Under the pieces are notes generated by a model. It made no database searches. It had not been told where the DNA came from and saw nothing but the letters and a program-made list of their open reading frames with translations. A program made the translations under genes and the position numbers. DNA of 64,000 nucleotides from IMG/VR virus record IMGVR_UViG_3300035701_000006, positions 71,267 to 135,266 of that record; one strand, written 5' to 3'. Positions 20,328 to 29,189 of the stretch are shown here, in pieces (within the stretch, counting starts at the first letter, position 1; each line of letters begins with the position of its first letter). The DNA comes from a virus. Taxonomy: Duplodnaviria > Heunggongvirae > Uroviricota > Caudoviricetes.

Positions 20328-20605
20328 TTCTTACCACCGAGCAGTGGGATGCCGTCCAGGCGATGAAGGCGGAGATCAAGGGCCTGGCCGAGATCCAGAA
20401 GAAGGAGAAGGCTATTCTGCGGACCCCGCATTTGAACATCCGCGTGCCTGATGGAAAGGGTGGCTTCTATCATGCTTGGTATTTCCAGTGGGAGATCCAT
20501 AAGAGGGCCAAGCAGATCACGGAGGCCCTGATCGAGTACAACAAGGCGCGTGGGAAGGACTTTTCCATGTACCTGGGCAAGCAGAAGGCCGAAGCAAATG
20601 GTTGA
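20324..20605 (+). CDS. hypothetical protein
   Basis: 93-aa ORF; ATG overlaps upstream TGA. Confidence 0.4.
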   Translation: MILTTEQWDAVQAMKAEIKGLAEIQKKEKAILRTPHLNIRVPDGKGGFYHAWYFQWEIHKRAKQITEALIEYNKARGKDFSMYLGKQKAEANG

Positions 20606-20657
20606 CCCAGAGCGTTCCTGGTGATAGGATACATGGGGCTCTATCAGGGAAACATAA

Positions 20658-20732
20658 GCGCCCGTAGCACAATGGCCAGTGCGCCGGTCTCTAAAACCGG
20701 CGATACGGGTTCGATACCCGTCGGGCGCACCA
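20658..20732 (+). tRNA. amber suppressor tRNA, anticodon CUA
   Basis: acceptor GCGCCCG/CGGGCGC, D stem GCAC/GTGC, anticodon stem CCGGT/ACCGG, loop CTCTAAA (anticodon at 20691-20693), T arm CGGGT-TCGATAC-CCCGT, encoded CCA. Confidence 0.75.
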
Positions 20733-20741
20733 ACAAAACCG

Positions 20742-21095
20742 ATGCTTGAACTGCAGCGGATCGTGAAATTCAGACCACCGCGTCATGTACGCACGATACC
20801 GGGATTCCTAGATGCCGATGACTGGACTTGCCCCATCTCGTTTTATTGCCTGTCAGATGGGGTTATGGTCGTGGCATGCGAGTTGGGTGTACACTTTCCG
20901 ACTGCTGTTTATGCGGATGGAATGGTATTCTTCAGGCCCAAATCGTTTGTCGCGAGATACATAGAAGCTGTACAGGCTACCAACGTACTAGCTCACCGTT
21001 ACATTCCGGATGTTGATGATATGACGTTACTGGCGCAGATCATCCAGGAAATCAAGAGCGAGGGCGAGTGGAGGCGAGTGGAGAGGATAAGATGA
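20742..21095 (+). CDS. hypothetical protein
   Basis: start placed at first ATG after the tRNA. Confidence 0.4.
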   Translation: MLELQRIVKFRPPRHVRTIPGFLDADDWTCPISFYCLSDGVMVVACELGVHFPTAVYADGMVFFRPKSFVARYIEAVQATNVLAHRYIPDVDDMTLLAQIIQEIKSEGEWRRVERIR

Positions 21096-22291
21096 TCATC
21101 AAGTCAATGCTCGACGACGACCTTTACAAGTTCACGATGCAGCAGGCGATCCTTGAACTCTATCCTGATGCCATTGCCACTTATACCTTCACGAACCGTG
21201 GTCCTCAGAGGTTCAACGGTCTTGGCGGAGCTTTTCAAGCAGGAGAATTTCTGAATGCGCTCAGGGCTGAGATCGAGGAGATGGCGGACCTCAAGGTAAC
21301 CCAGGCGGAGATCAACGCGCTCTCGCAGTCCTTCTTCAAGCCCTGGTACAAGTACTTCCTTGCCTCCTATCGATATAACCCCGCGGAGGTTGTTGCGAGT
21401 CTGACCCCGGACAACAACCTGAACGTCATGGTAAAGGGTCGCTGGTGGTCTGCCATCCTCTGGGAAGTCAAGCTTCTGGCCATCATCAGCGAGCTCTACT
21501 TCAAGATGATCGACACGAAGTGGAACATGGACGCGCAGGAATCCAAGGTCTTCGAGAAGGCTAGCATGCTAGCAGACTGCTTGTATGCCGACTTTGGCAC
21601 GAGGCGCAGGCGGAGCTTTGAGGTACAGCGGGTCGTTGTCGAGAACCTCATCGGCAAGCCTGGCTTCGTCGGCACGAGCAATGTCCATCTGGCCCAGAAG
21701 TATGGCGTAAGGGCGATCGGTACCATGGCCCATGAGTGGGTCATGGCTCACAGCGTCCTGCAGGGCCTTCGCAACGCCAACAGGTTCGCCATGGATGCGT
21801 GGACCAAGGTCTATCGTGGTAGCCTGGGCATCGCACTGACGGATACCTATGGTACGGATGTCTTTCTCAAGGATTTTGACACGTTTCTGGGTAAGCTCTT
21901 CGACGGCGTAAGGCAGGATAGCGGCGACCCGTTCGCTTTCATCAATAAGGTGGTCCAGCACTATCATTTGCTCGGGATTGATCCGATGACGAAGACTATC
22001 GTGTTCAGCGACAGTCTCAACGTGAAATTGGCATGTCGCATTGCTGTTGCTTGCAAGGGCAAGATCCGGTGCTCCTTCGGGATTGGGACGAACTTCACGA
22101 ACGATTTCCAGACGCCGCCGCTCAATATGGTCATCAAGATGCAAAGTATTAATAACGCCCAGGTCGTCAAGCTCAGTGACGATCCGGCGAAGACGATGGG
22201 GGACATCGACGCGATTCGGGTAGCGAAATGGACGTTCATGAACGCCCCGCTGGGCGGTTCAGCGTCCGGAGGCTTTGGTCAGATCGCTTAG
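21068..22291 (+). CDS. pncB: nicotinate phosphoribosyltransferase
   Basis: N-terminus [19 protein letters not shown] is typical of the nicotinate phosphoribosyltransferase family; 407 aa. Confidence 0.75.
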   Translation: MEASGEDKMIIKSMLDDDLYKFTMQQAILELYPDAIATYTFTNRGPQRFNGLGGAFQAGEFLNALRAEIEEMADLKVTQAEINALSQSFFKPWYKYFLASYRYNPAEVVASLTPDNNLNVMVKGRWWSAILWEVKLLAIISELYFKMIDTKWNMDAQESKVFEKASMLADCLYADFGTRRRRSFEVQRVVVENLIGKPGFVGTSNVHLAQKYGVRAIGTMAHEWVMAHSVLQGLRNANRFAMDAWTKVYRGSLGIALTDTYGTDVFLKDFDTFLGKLFDGVRQDSGDPFAFINKVVQHYHLLGIDPMTKTIVFSDSLNVKLACRIAVACKGKIRCSFGIGTNFTNDFQTPPLNMVIKMQSINNAQVVKLSDDPAKTMGDIDAIRVAKWTFMNAPLGGSASGGFGQIA

Positions 22292-22301
22292 GAGAACGGT
22301 G

Positions 22302-23081
22302 ATGACGGAAAGCAAGGAGAGTCCCAACCACGGTGAACATATCCGCAGAGGATACCTCCACGGCGATTGCTCCATTTGTTCGATTTATAGTGTCCTGGTC
22401 GTTGTCGATGTCCAGAACGATTTCCTACCTGGCGGGTCCCTGCCTGTGGCCGGAGGGAACAAGATCATTCCGGTCATCAACAGAATCCGTCGGCACTTCA
22501 GCGATGTCATTTTCACGATGGATTCGCACCCGGCGAACCACAGGAGCTTCGCGTCGAACAATCCTGGCAAGAAGCCATTCGAGATGGGTGAGATCGATGG
22601 TCGTCCGCAAATGATGTGGCCAGATCACTGTGTCCGCGGGACCAAAGGCTGGGAGCTGTCCGGGGAGCTGGATTGCATGACGTATGGAGGCGCCGCGGGC
22701 GACCTTGACGAAGATCTCGACGGCCGGAACCCGCTGCCGGAAACGCATGTCGTCGAGAAGGGTCAGAATCCGGATTTTGACAGTTATTCCGCGTTCAGGG
22801 ACGATGGCGGGGCGAAGACCTCGTTGAAATCCAGGCTGGTCATCAAAGACGGGTATTCTGAGGCGACGGACAAACCCAGGATGCCAGATCGCCTCTTCAT
22901 CTGCGGTCTCGCCACCGACTACTGCGTATTGCGGACGGTCATCGATGCCATCCTCATGCCCCATGACGTCGTCGTCATCGTAGATGCCTGCCGTGGTCTC
23001 GCCGGTGCCGAGGCTGCATTCAAGGACATGGTGGAGGCCGGGGCGAAGGTCATTGACAGCAAGACGGCTATCGTGGTGTGA
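22302..23081 (+). CDS. pncA: nicotinamidase / isochorismatase-family cysteine hydrolase
   Basis: VVVDVQNDFLPGGSL and CGLATDYCVLRTVIDA motifs; start moved to the ATG behind AGGAGA. Confidence 0.7.
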   Translation: MTESKESPNHGEHIRRGYLHGDCSICSIYSVLVVVDVQNDFLPGGSLPVAGGNKIIPVINRIRRHFSDVIFTMDSHPANHRSFASNNPGKKPFEMGEIDGRPQMMWPDHCVRGTKGWELSGELDCMTYGGAAGDLDEDLDGRNPLPETHVVEKGQNPDFDSYSAFRDDGGAKTSLKSRLVIKDGYSEATDKPRMPDRLFICGLATDYCVLRTVIDAILMPHDVVVIVDACRGLAGAEAAFKDMVEAGAKVIDSKTAIVV

Positions 23082-23142
23082 TACAAAACGACCCCGCCGG
23101 TCATCCCGACGGGGTCGTTTTGTATCCAAGCAAATATAAGAC

Positions 23143-23940
23143 ATGGGCATACTGGGAAACGAAAGCGAGAAGGTGTTATGCATCAGACGGAACCATTATA
23201 GGCCCGCGGAGTGCTTCGATATTGACAGATTTGGCAATCGATGCCGTTATTGCAGGGCATGTCGCAATCGCTCGATAAGATGCGCTAAGGGAATAAGGGT
23301 GCGCAGACTCAGAGCATCCAGATGCATAGGCTGCGGAAAGCCAGTGAAAAATGGCTCGCAATGCAGAAAATGCCAATTGCAAGGCACAGCGAATAAGACG
23401 AAGAGATATAGATTAAGAAAGCAGCTTGCTGTTAATCTTTTTGGCGGGAGATGCGCCGAATGTGGATTTACGCATACGAATTGCGCCGTATTCGATTTCG
23501 ACCATATTGATCCAGCTTCCAAATCTATGCCTATCGCAAGAGCGTTATTCCTAAGCTGGGAGAAGGCACTGGTGGAATTAAAGAAATGCAGGCTTTTATG
23601 TGTTAATTGCCATAGGATACGCAAATCGAGGCATGCCGGTACTAGTTATGCCTACGTCGTTTACAGAACAAATAGAGAAAGGGCGGTCCAAATGCTCGGC
23701 GGAGTGTGTTTACAATGTGGTAAAGCATATCCAGTGCCTGTGTTTGACTTTCATCACAAAGATCCGATGCAGAAGGTAGAAGAATCGTCTAGGTTATTTA
23801 GTAGAAGATGGGAGCTTGTTGAACCTGAATTAAAAGAGCGAGAACTGTTGTGTGGGGTTTGCCATAGGCTTACCCCACACAACGTTCCAGAATTGATAAA
23901 GATCCCGCGCGCAATGCGTGGATCTAATCGGTCAAACTGA
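23143..23940 (+). CDS. HNH endonuclease (Zn-ribbon rich)
   Basis: repeated CxxC pairs; FDFDHID...CVNCHRIRKSRH and FDFHHKD...CGVCHR motifs. Confidence 0.55.
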   Translation: MGILGNESEKVLCIRRNHYRPAECFDIDRFGNRCRYCRACRNRSIRCAKGIRVRRLRASRCIGCGKPVKNGSQCRKCQLQGTANKTKRYRLRKQLAVNLFGGRCAECGFTHTNCAVFDFDHIDPASKSMPIARALFLSWEKALVELKKCRLLCVNCHRIRKSRHAGTSYAYVVYRTNRERAVQMLGGVCLQCGKAYPVPVFDFHHKDPMQKVEESSRLFSRRWELVEPELKERELLCGVCHRLTPHNVPELIKIPRAMRGSNRSN

Positions 23941-24535
23941 CTTCCCAGTAAGCTTTCGAGATAAACTGATCCCAGGAGATTCTGCGCCCACCCTTGGGCA
24001 GGTGCGAGAGGGCAACCCAGTTGGGCTTCTTGGGCTGCTTCCTGAGCACCATCTTGGCTCCCTGGGGAGTCCTGTCAGCCTTCCTGGCATTGCACTTGAG
24101 ACAGGCCAGGACGCAGTTTGTCCACTCGCTTATCCCGCCCTTGGACTTGGGCAGAACGTGGTCGATTGTCAGCTCTTCCGGCCCAGGCTGTGCGCTGCAG
24201 TATTGACAGGTGTACTTGTCCCTTTTGAAGACGTTCCGCCTGGAGAATACCACTGCGCGCTCACCCTGCCCGCCATATCCGTTGAGCCGGATGACCTCGG
24301 GCACGACCAGACTGAGCCTGGGAGTCCTGATCACGACGCCTTCCATGGCTTCTCTGGCCTTGGATACGTCGATCCAGGTCAGGAGGTTGTGCTCCTCGTA
24401 GGTCGCCGGATCGATGATGACGGCATGGCCCTTCATGACCAGGGCAAATGCATTATGCACCGGCGTGGTCTGGATGGCCTGCCAGTTCTTGTTCAGGACC
24501 AGTACGGGCTGGTTGAGCGCTGCGACGGCTGTCAT
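23924..24535 (-). CDS. HNH endonuclease
   Basis: CQYCSAQ...DHVLPKSKGG...NCVLACLKCNARK is a canonical HNH motif. Confidence 0.6.
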   Translation of the reverse strand: MTAVAALNQPVLVLNKNWQAIQTTPVHNAFALVMKGHAVIIDPATYEEHNLLTWIDVSKAREAMEGVVIRTPRLSLVVPEVIRLNGYGGQGERAVVFSRRNVFKRDKYTCQYCSAQPGPEELTIDHVLPKSKGGISEWTNCVLACLKCNARKADRTPQGAKMVLRKQPKKPNWVALSHLPKGGRRISWDQFISKAYWEVSLTD

Positions 24536-25317
24536 AAGTCACCTCAAAAGCCCAGAACGAGTAAGCGAGCTTGGATGGCACTTGCACTTGCAGTTCAACG
24601 AATAACACCCCGTATGTCTATTCCCCCTGCAGCTATTGCTGATCCCATCCTTCATCTGATGGTATCGGTAATGCCGCTGCGAATTTGGGCGATCGACCGT
24701 GAAGCGGGATATAAGGCGCTCGCTGAGCTTGGGGATGCTCCTGGCCGGCGAGTCGCTGTTTTTCACTGTCTTACGGGTTCCCATAAGGCCTTCCAGATAG
24801 TGGGCTGCTTAGGCGCTTTCGCCCCGGTGATTGCCCCATGGCCATACGGCCATGTTGACGGGCATCTCTCCGTATCGCTGCCCACCTCCTTGAAGGCCTT
24901 GCGGCCTTGTAGGTCTGGTACCCCCGGCCGGACTTGCACCGACACTCCCAGTTCCGAAGACTGGTGCGCTATCTTTTACGCTACGGGGGCCTAACCCTCT
25001 AGGGCGCGTGTCGCGTTGTCGCCCCACGGGTTGTTATTGTGTTTGAAGCTGTGGTCTGGCAGAGGCTTTGGTGCTCCTGGGGACCAGCACGCTTGGCAAT
25101 AGACGAGTCCACGGTCCGTGAATTTAGGTATGATCTTTCCGTGTTTCTTTAATTCGCGCTCACAATCATGCTTCCTGTTGAGCGGAGCCTTACAACCATG
25201 GCATATCCACCGGGTCTTCTTACCGCGCCGAGGCTGTACTTGTTTTCTCATTTGGTATCCTAAGGAAAACAGATTATCCGGCAGGTGTCGTTTACAGACA
25301 CTAAATGCGAGATGTCA

Positions 25318-25394
25318 TGGTACCCCCGGAGGGAATCGAACCCTCGCCTTGACGTTCGGAGCGTCATATGCAGGATCCACTACAACACGGGGGT
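25318..25394 (-). tRNA. tRNA-Arg (CCG)
   Basis: reverse complement folds with acceptor ACCCCCG/CGGGGGT, anticodon stem TGACG/CGTCA, loop CTCCGAA, T loop TTCGATT, CCA. Confidence 0.55.
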
Positions 25395-25701
25395 GATCGA
25401 CCTTGCGTTTGCGGAATTCTGCCTCGCATTCTACACCTAGCATGCAAGACATGCAATTCTCCCAGAGCTCGCCGCCAAAGCAGGGTGGTTTGGGAGTGCT
25501 TCTCATAGATCGTATGGAATGCTGTCACCGCACTCGTCGCAGACCATCTCGGTGCCGCACTGCGTGCGCTTCAGGTGCTTGCAGACAGGCCCATCGTTTG
25601 CAAGGCACTCTCCCATGAGTCGTGCGCCTGCCAGCCTCGACGGAAGCCGACCTGCGAGAAGCTGCATCTTGACGGCTTCCCTACGCCTTCGTCTTGTCAT
25701 A

Positions 25702-25778
25702 TGGTGCCCCAGGCAGGACTCGAACCTGCCGCCTAGAAGTTAGGAACTTCTCGCTCTATCCAAATGAGCTACTGGGGC
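25702..25778 (-). tRNA. tRNA-Arg (CCU)
   Basis: acceptor GCCCCAG/CTGGGGC, anticodon stem AGAAG/CTTCT, loop TTCCTAA, T arm GCAGG-TTCGAGT-CCTGC, CCA. Confidence 0.65.
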
Positions 25779-25819
25779 GTGTTTTTGTCATCTTGATTGC
25801 CGCTATCTAGATCTCTGGC

Positions 25820-26149
25820 TTAATACCTCTTAATGGCTTCGCGGCGAGCGCGTCCTGCAGCGAGGATTCCAGCCTCTTGCAGCGCGTTGATCTTGTCGCG
25901 TAGCCCCCTATTCTCATCGCACAGCTCAGCGTGCTGCCTGATGTACTCCATTCCACCTTTTGCCATCTCCGCAAGGGCTTCATCTTTTCGAGCGACCTCT
26001 GCCGCCAATCGCAGATTGGCGATGTTGAGGTCGCCGCATTTCGTTTGCAGCGCGTCGCGCTGCGCGGTCAGAGTATGTATTACCAACTGCAAGGCGGCTT
26101 TCTCCCGCATAAGATCAGAGATCACTTCGGCAGAGCTCTTGGCGGTCAT
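25820..26149 (-). CDS. coiled-coil hypothetical protein
   Basis: 109-aa ORF. Confidence 0.35.
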   Translation of the reverse strand: MTAKSSAEVISDLMREKAALQLVIHTLTAQRDALQTKCGDLNIANLRLAAEVARKDEALAEMAKGGMEYIRQHAELCDENRGLRDKINALQEAGILAAGRARREAIKRY

Positions 26150-26152
26150 GCC

Positions 26153-26395
26153 TTACCTCGTTTTCTTCTCGATGTACTTGATGGCATCGCCGACGGTCTG
26201 GATCTTCTTGGCGGCTTCTTCCGAGATGAAGATGCCGAACGTGTCCTCTGTGCTCATTATGAGTTCGGCGGTGTCGAGTGAATCGGCACCCAGGTCGTTC
26301 ACGAGTGATTTTTCGCGGGAGACTACTTCCTTCGGGACGTTGAGCTGATTGTGGATGATTTTGATGACCTTCTGCTCAATATCGTCTGGCTTCAT
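26153..26395 (-). CDS. acyl carrier protein
   Basis: VNDLGADSLDTAELIM matches the ACP phosphopantetheine-attachment DSL motif; 80 aa. Confidence 0.65.
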   Translation of the reverse strand: MKPDDIEQKVIKIIHNQLNVPKEVVSREKSLVNDLGADSLDTAELIMSTEDTFGIFISEEAAKKIQTVGDAIKYIEKKTR

Positions 26396-26477
26396 GTTTC
26401 CTCCGGGGCACCACCGGGCGGCTGGTGGAGTACCAGCCGCCCTCCGCTGCTCCGGTGTACAGCCGCAAGATTAAGAG

Positions 26478-26836
26478 TGGTGGACCCGGGGGGAATCGAA
26501 CCCCCGTCTCACAGAGTTTTTCCTGGCCGTCCACGCTCATCTCCGCCGTCTGCGATTTAGCGTCTTCCCGGCTATGACAGGCGGCCTACTTTACCGGGGA
26601 TCGACGGGCGATTTGTTTTCTCATCCCGTTTCGGCTCGCAATACCTCGGGACCAGCCGAGCATTAACGTCCCAAATCACTGACTATCGGCGTATGTCAGG
26701 CGGGACGGACCGCTTTACGCGGCCATGAGCACGGGCTCAGCAGTTGTGTTTGCCTGACATTTTTAACGAGGCCAAGTCAGGCGGTCCTCGGAGCGCAGGC
26801 TTCGGATTCCCTCCATGATCGATGCCGATCGGGCCC
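26478..26836 (-). ncRNA. ssrA: tmRNA (ssrA-like)
   Basis: tRNA-like ends GGGCCCG...GGGGGTTCGATTCCCCCCGGGTCCACCA; internal UUGGCCUCGUUAAAAAUG segment resembles the E. coli tmRNA pre-tag region; possible tag frame GCA AAC ACA ACU GCU GAG CCC GUG CUC AUG GCC GCG UAA (ANTTAEPVLMAA). Confidence 0.6.
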
Positions 26837-26936
26837 AAATGCTACGGCTGTGGACAACGTCGACGGGCTGGTGCGCTCGCCGTGCTAGGCACGTGGCTGG
26901 CGACTGTTTCCGTCTTGTCTACAGCGGATTTCAAGA

Positions 26937-27015
26937 TGGTCGGGGCGACAGGATTCGAACCTGCGGCCTCTTGCGCCCAAGGCAAGCGCTCTAAACCAAG
27001 CTGAGCTACGCCCCG
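26937..27015 (-). tRNA. tRNA-Pro (UGG)
   Basis: acceptor CGGGGCG/CGCCCCG, D GCTC/GAGC, anticodon stem CTTGC/GCAAG, loop CTTGGGC, T arm GCAGG-TTCGAAT-CCTGT, CCA. Confidence 0.7.
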
Positions 27016-27020
27016 TTTTG

Positions 27021-27780
27021 TTAGTCGAGGAACCGAAGGAACCTGACGAAGGTCAGGGTGGCCTCGCTCTCGCGGTTGGGCATGACGCGGTGCCAGGTCT
27101 TCAGCTCGATGGTGGCGTGATCCGAGTGGGAGATCCGCCCCTTCACGTAGGTGTGGGCGTCACGACTCATGATTCGCCAGTTCTGGCTCCGCCGCTCCTT
27201 GAGAGGGATCTCCTTGTATTCGCCCTCGCTGAGGCCATTCGGGTGGTTGTGGCTGACATAGACCGTCTCGCCGTGCGCGCGGTAGAGGAACTCGCACATG
27301 TGAGGCTTGCCATTGCCGCGGCGAACGGGCTCGTTCCGAAGGATCATTTTGGGATCGGGGTTGATATCGGCTTGCACGAAGAACCACTCGCCCTGGCGTA
27401 CGTAAGCCTCGTTCCGGCGGCGTCTGCGACCCTCGACCTGCGCCCCCTTCTCGGCCTGGATCTGCCGGATGGCGGCGGGCTTGAGGGCTTCCATGGCGGT
27501 CCGCACATTGACGACCCCGTGATCGTTCGGAACGGAGGCGACGAACCAGGCACGTTCGTCGTGTCCGCAGAGGAACTTGCCCTTCTGGGCTCCGTCCTGC
27601 ATGTGAAGCAGGAGGTGCCTCTGCTTGGGCTGGACGTCAACCACCGCCAGCTTCATGTCGCCGCGGAAGGAGAAGAATTCGCCGTTCTTGTCCTTCTCCA
27701 CGTTCAGGCCGTTCGCGCCACGGTCCAAGGTCTTGAACCGGGCCCCCATCTTCTCGAACTGCTTGGCAATGGCTTCCATG
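27021..27780 (-). CDS. hypothetical protein
   Basis: start at MEAIAKQ with GGAGG Shine-Dalgarno; consensus promoter directly upstream. Confidence 0.5.
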
Positions 27781-27796
27781 TGTTCCTCCACTCCCC

Positions 27797-27825
27797 ATAA
27801 TACCATCCGGACGCCGCCAAGTCAA
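27797..27825 (-). promoter_or_regulatory. sigma-70 promoter TTGACT-N17-TATTAT on minus strand
   Basis: reverse complement of 27820-27825 is TTGACT and of 27797-27802 is TATTAT, 17-nt spacer, placed directly after tRNA 3' end. Confidence 0.55.
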
Positions 27826-27829
27826 GTAT

Positions 27830-27921
27830 TGGTGGGCCTGGCAGGATTCGAACCTGCATCGCGCACTAATCTGGTGCTTGCGGGTTATAGGTCCGCCATG
27901 TTACCGTTACACTACAGGCCC
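27830..27921 (-). tRNA. type-II (long variable arm) tRNA, anticodon loop CCUAUAA, identity unresolved (UAU?)
   Basis: acceptor GGGCCTG/CAGGCCC, D GTGT/ACAT, variable hairpin GCAC-CAGATTA-GTGC, T arm GCAGG-TTCGAAT-CCTGC, CCA; A31-C39 mismatch and C33. Confidence 0.45.
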
Positions 27922-27928
27922 TAATATT

Positions 27929-28014
27929 TGGTGCAGGTGAGAGGATTCGAACCTCCACGGCCCATTGACCATCAGGTCCTCGGCCTGACGCGGCTACCGT
28001 TACGCCACACCTGC
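27929..28014 (-). tRNA. tRNA-Leu (GAG), type II
   Basis: acceptor GCAGGTG/CACCTGC, anticodon stem TCAGG/CCTGA, loop CCGAGGA (C33), variable hairpin, T loop TTCGAAT, CCA. Confidence 0.55.
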
Positions 28015-28023
28015 GTTGATTTT

Positions 28024-28097
28024 TGGTGCCCGCTAGAGGAGTCGAACCCCTGTTTCCAGCGTGTGATGCTGGCGGCCGACCGTTAGCCTAAGCGGGC
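28024..28097 (-). tRNA. tRNA-Val (CAC)
   Basis: acceptor GCCCGCT/AGCGGGC, anticodon stem CCAGC/GCTGG, loop ATCACAC, T loop TTCGACT, CCA. Confidence 0.65.
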
Positions 28098-28171
28098 TGG
28101 TACCCGATAGAGGAATCGAACCTCTGTAACCAGCTTGTAAGGCTGGCGCACTACCATTATGCTAATCGGGC
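28098..28171 (-). tRNA. tRNA-Val (UAC)
   Basis: acceptor GCCCGAT/ATCGGGT, anticodon stem CCAGC/GCTGG, loop CTTACAA, T arm AGAGG-TTCGATT-CCTCT, CCA. Confidence 0.7.
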
Positions 28172-28447
28172 TTAAGTGTCGTCCTCCGTCGCGGTGATTA
28201 AGAAGTGAGCCCAGGGAGTTGCCGTGAAATAGATTCCGCAGCAGTAGGCTTCTTTGGGGCTCGCTCGCCCCATGACGAGTTTCTCTTCATAAGCCGGCTT
28301 TAACACGCCGTCCGTCATCTTGACGATACCGTCCTCGCGATGCTCGACCCATCCCAGGGGCTCACCACATTTTGGGCAGCACAGCTTGTCGAAGCCACTG
28401 ATGCCGATCGTTACGCCGTTTTCTGCGGGAACTTTATTTTCAGCCAT
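28172..28447 (-). CDS. small zinc-ribbon protein
   Basis: CCPKCGEP...CC pairs; 91 aa. Confidence 0.35.
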   Translation of the reverse strand: MAENKVPAENGVTIGISGFDKLCCPKCGEPLGWVEHREDGIVKMTDGVLKPAYEEKLVMGRASPKEAYCCGIYFTATPWAHFLITATEDDT

Positions 28448-28661
28448 CTGCTTCCTGGTCCGTGGCCAGCCTGATGATGATCGGCCTTACCTCGAAGCTG
28501 CGTCTGATACTGGAGTCGAGCTCGCTCAGCTTCTCTTCAGCCTCTCCTTTATCGCTGAAGAGGAAGTAGGCGTCCTGTTCGCCACTCACCCCAAGGATCT
28601 TTGTCATTTTGGGGCCGGACGGATGTGCGACGATGACAACCCAGAATAGCTCGTCCATAAT

Positions 28662-28928
28662 TCACCTGACGTGCTTCTTGACTCCGTGGACCGAGAGGCC
28701 GACGATCCGGTTGTCATCTTGCGCTCGGAGAACCGTTATGTCGTGGTTGATCCACTGACCGTAGTGGTTCACGTTCTCGAGGTAGACCTCTATCATGTCC
28801 CCTTCTTTGTTGTAGAAAAAGCACGGCTTAAACTTGACGTTCTTGTATTTCTTAGCGAGCTTTGCCAGGATCTTGCCGAGCTCGTCCGGGTTCTTTGCAT
28901 GCCAAGCGCGTGCCATATATGCCTCCAC
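28662..28928 (-). CDS. small hypothetical protein
   Basis: 88-aa ORF. Confidence 0.3.
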   Translation of the reverse strand: MEAYMARAWHAKNPDELGKILAKLAKKYKNVKFKPCFFYNKEGDMIEVYLENVNHYGQWINHDITVLRAQDDNRIVGLSVHGVKKHVR

Positions 28929-28942
28929 TTCTTAAGTACCTT

Positions 28943-29028
28943 TGGTGGACGCGAGAGGATTCGAACCTCCACCCCTTTGACGGGACCAGGTCCTGAGCCT
29001 GGCGCGGCTGCCGTTACGCCACGCGTCC
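28943..29028 (-). tRNA. tRNA-Leu (CAG), type II
   Basis: acceptor GGACGCG/CGCGTCC, anticodon stem CCAGG/CCTGG, loop CTCAGGA, variable hairpin CCC-GTCAAA-GGG, T loop TTCGAAT, CCA. Confidence 0.65.
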
Positions 29029-29038
29029 ATTTTGTTGT

Positions 29039-29115
29039 TGGTGCCCACGGCGGGATTCGAACCCGCAGGAACCTGATCCTAAGTCAGGCGCGTCTGCCAG
29101 TTGCGCCACGCGGGC
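29039..29115 (-). tRNA. tRNA with anticodon UAG (Leu codon family) but short variable arm
   Basis: acceptor GCCCGCG/CGTGGGC, anticodon stem CCTGA/TCAGG, loop CTTAGGA, 5-nt variable, T arm GCGGG-TTCGAAT-CCCGC, CCA. Confidence 0.5.
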
Positions 29116-29116
29116 G

Positions 29117-29189
29117 TAGGCGGGAGGGGAGTTGCACCCCTATACCCTGATTTTAAGTCAGGTGCGTCTGCTAGTTGCGCCACCCGCCC
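29117..29189 (-). tRNA. tRNA with anticodon UAA (Leu codon family), short variable arm, no encoded CCA, T loop TGCAACT
   Basis: paralog of preceding gene (same 5' half); acceptor GGGCGGG/CCCGCCT, loop CTTAAAA. Confidence 0.45.

Noticed and set aside
19977-20500. Minus-strand ORFs 19977-20324 and 20096-20500
   Set aside because: They are antisense to the PTH2-like frame. That frame has a promoter, Shine-Dalgarno and ATG, and strong family motifs. The antisense ORFs have no motif support.
26351-26560. Short plus-strand ORFs overlapping the tmRNA and ACP region
   Set aside because: They overlap the tmRNA candidate and lack start context.
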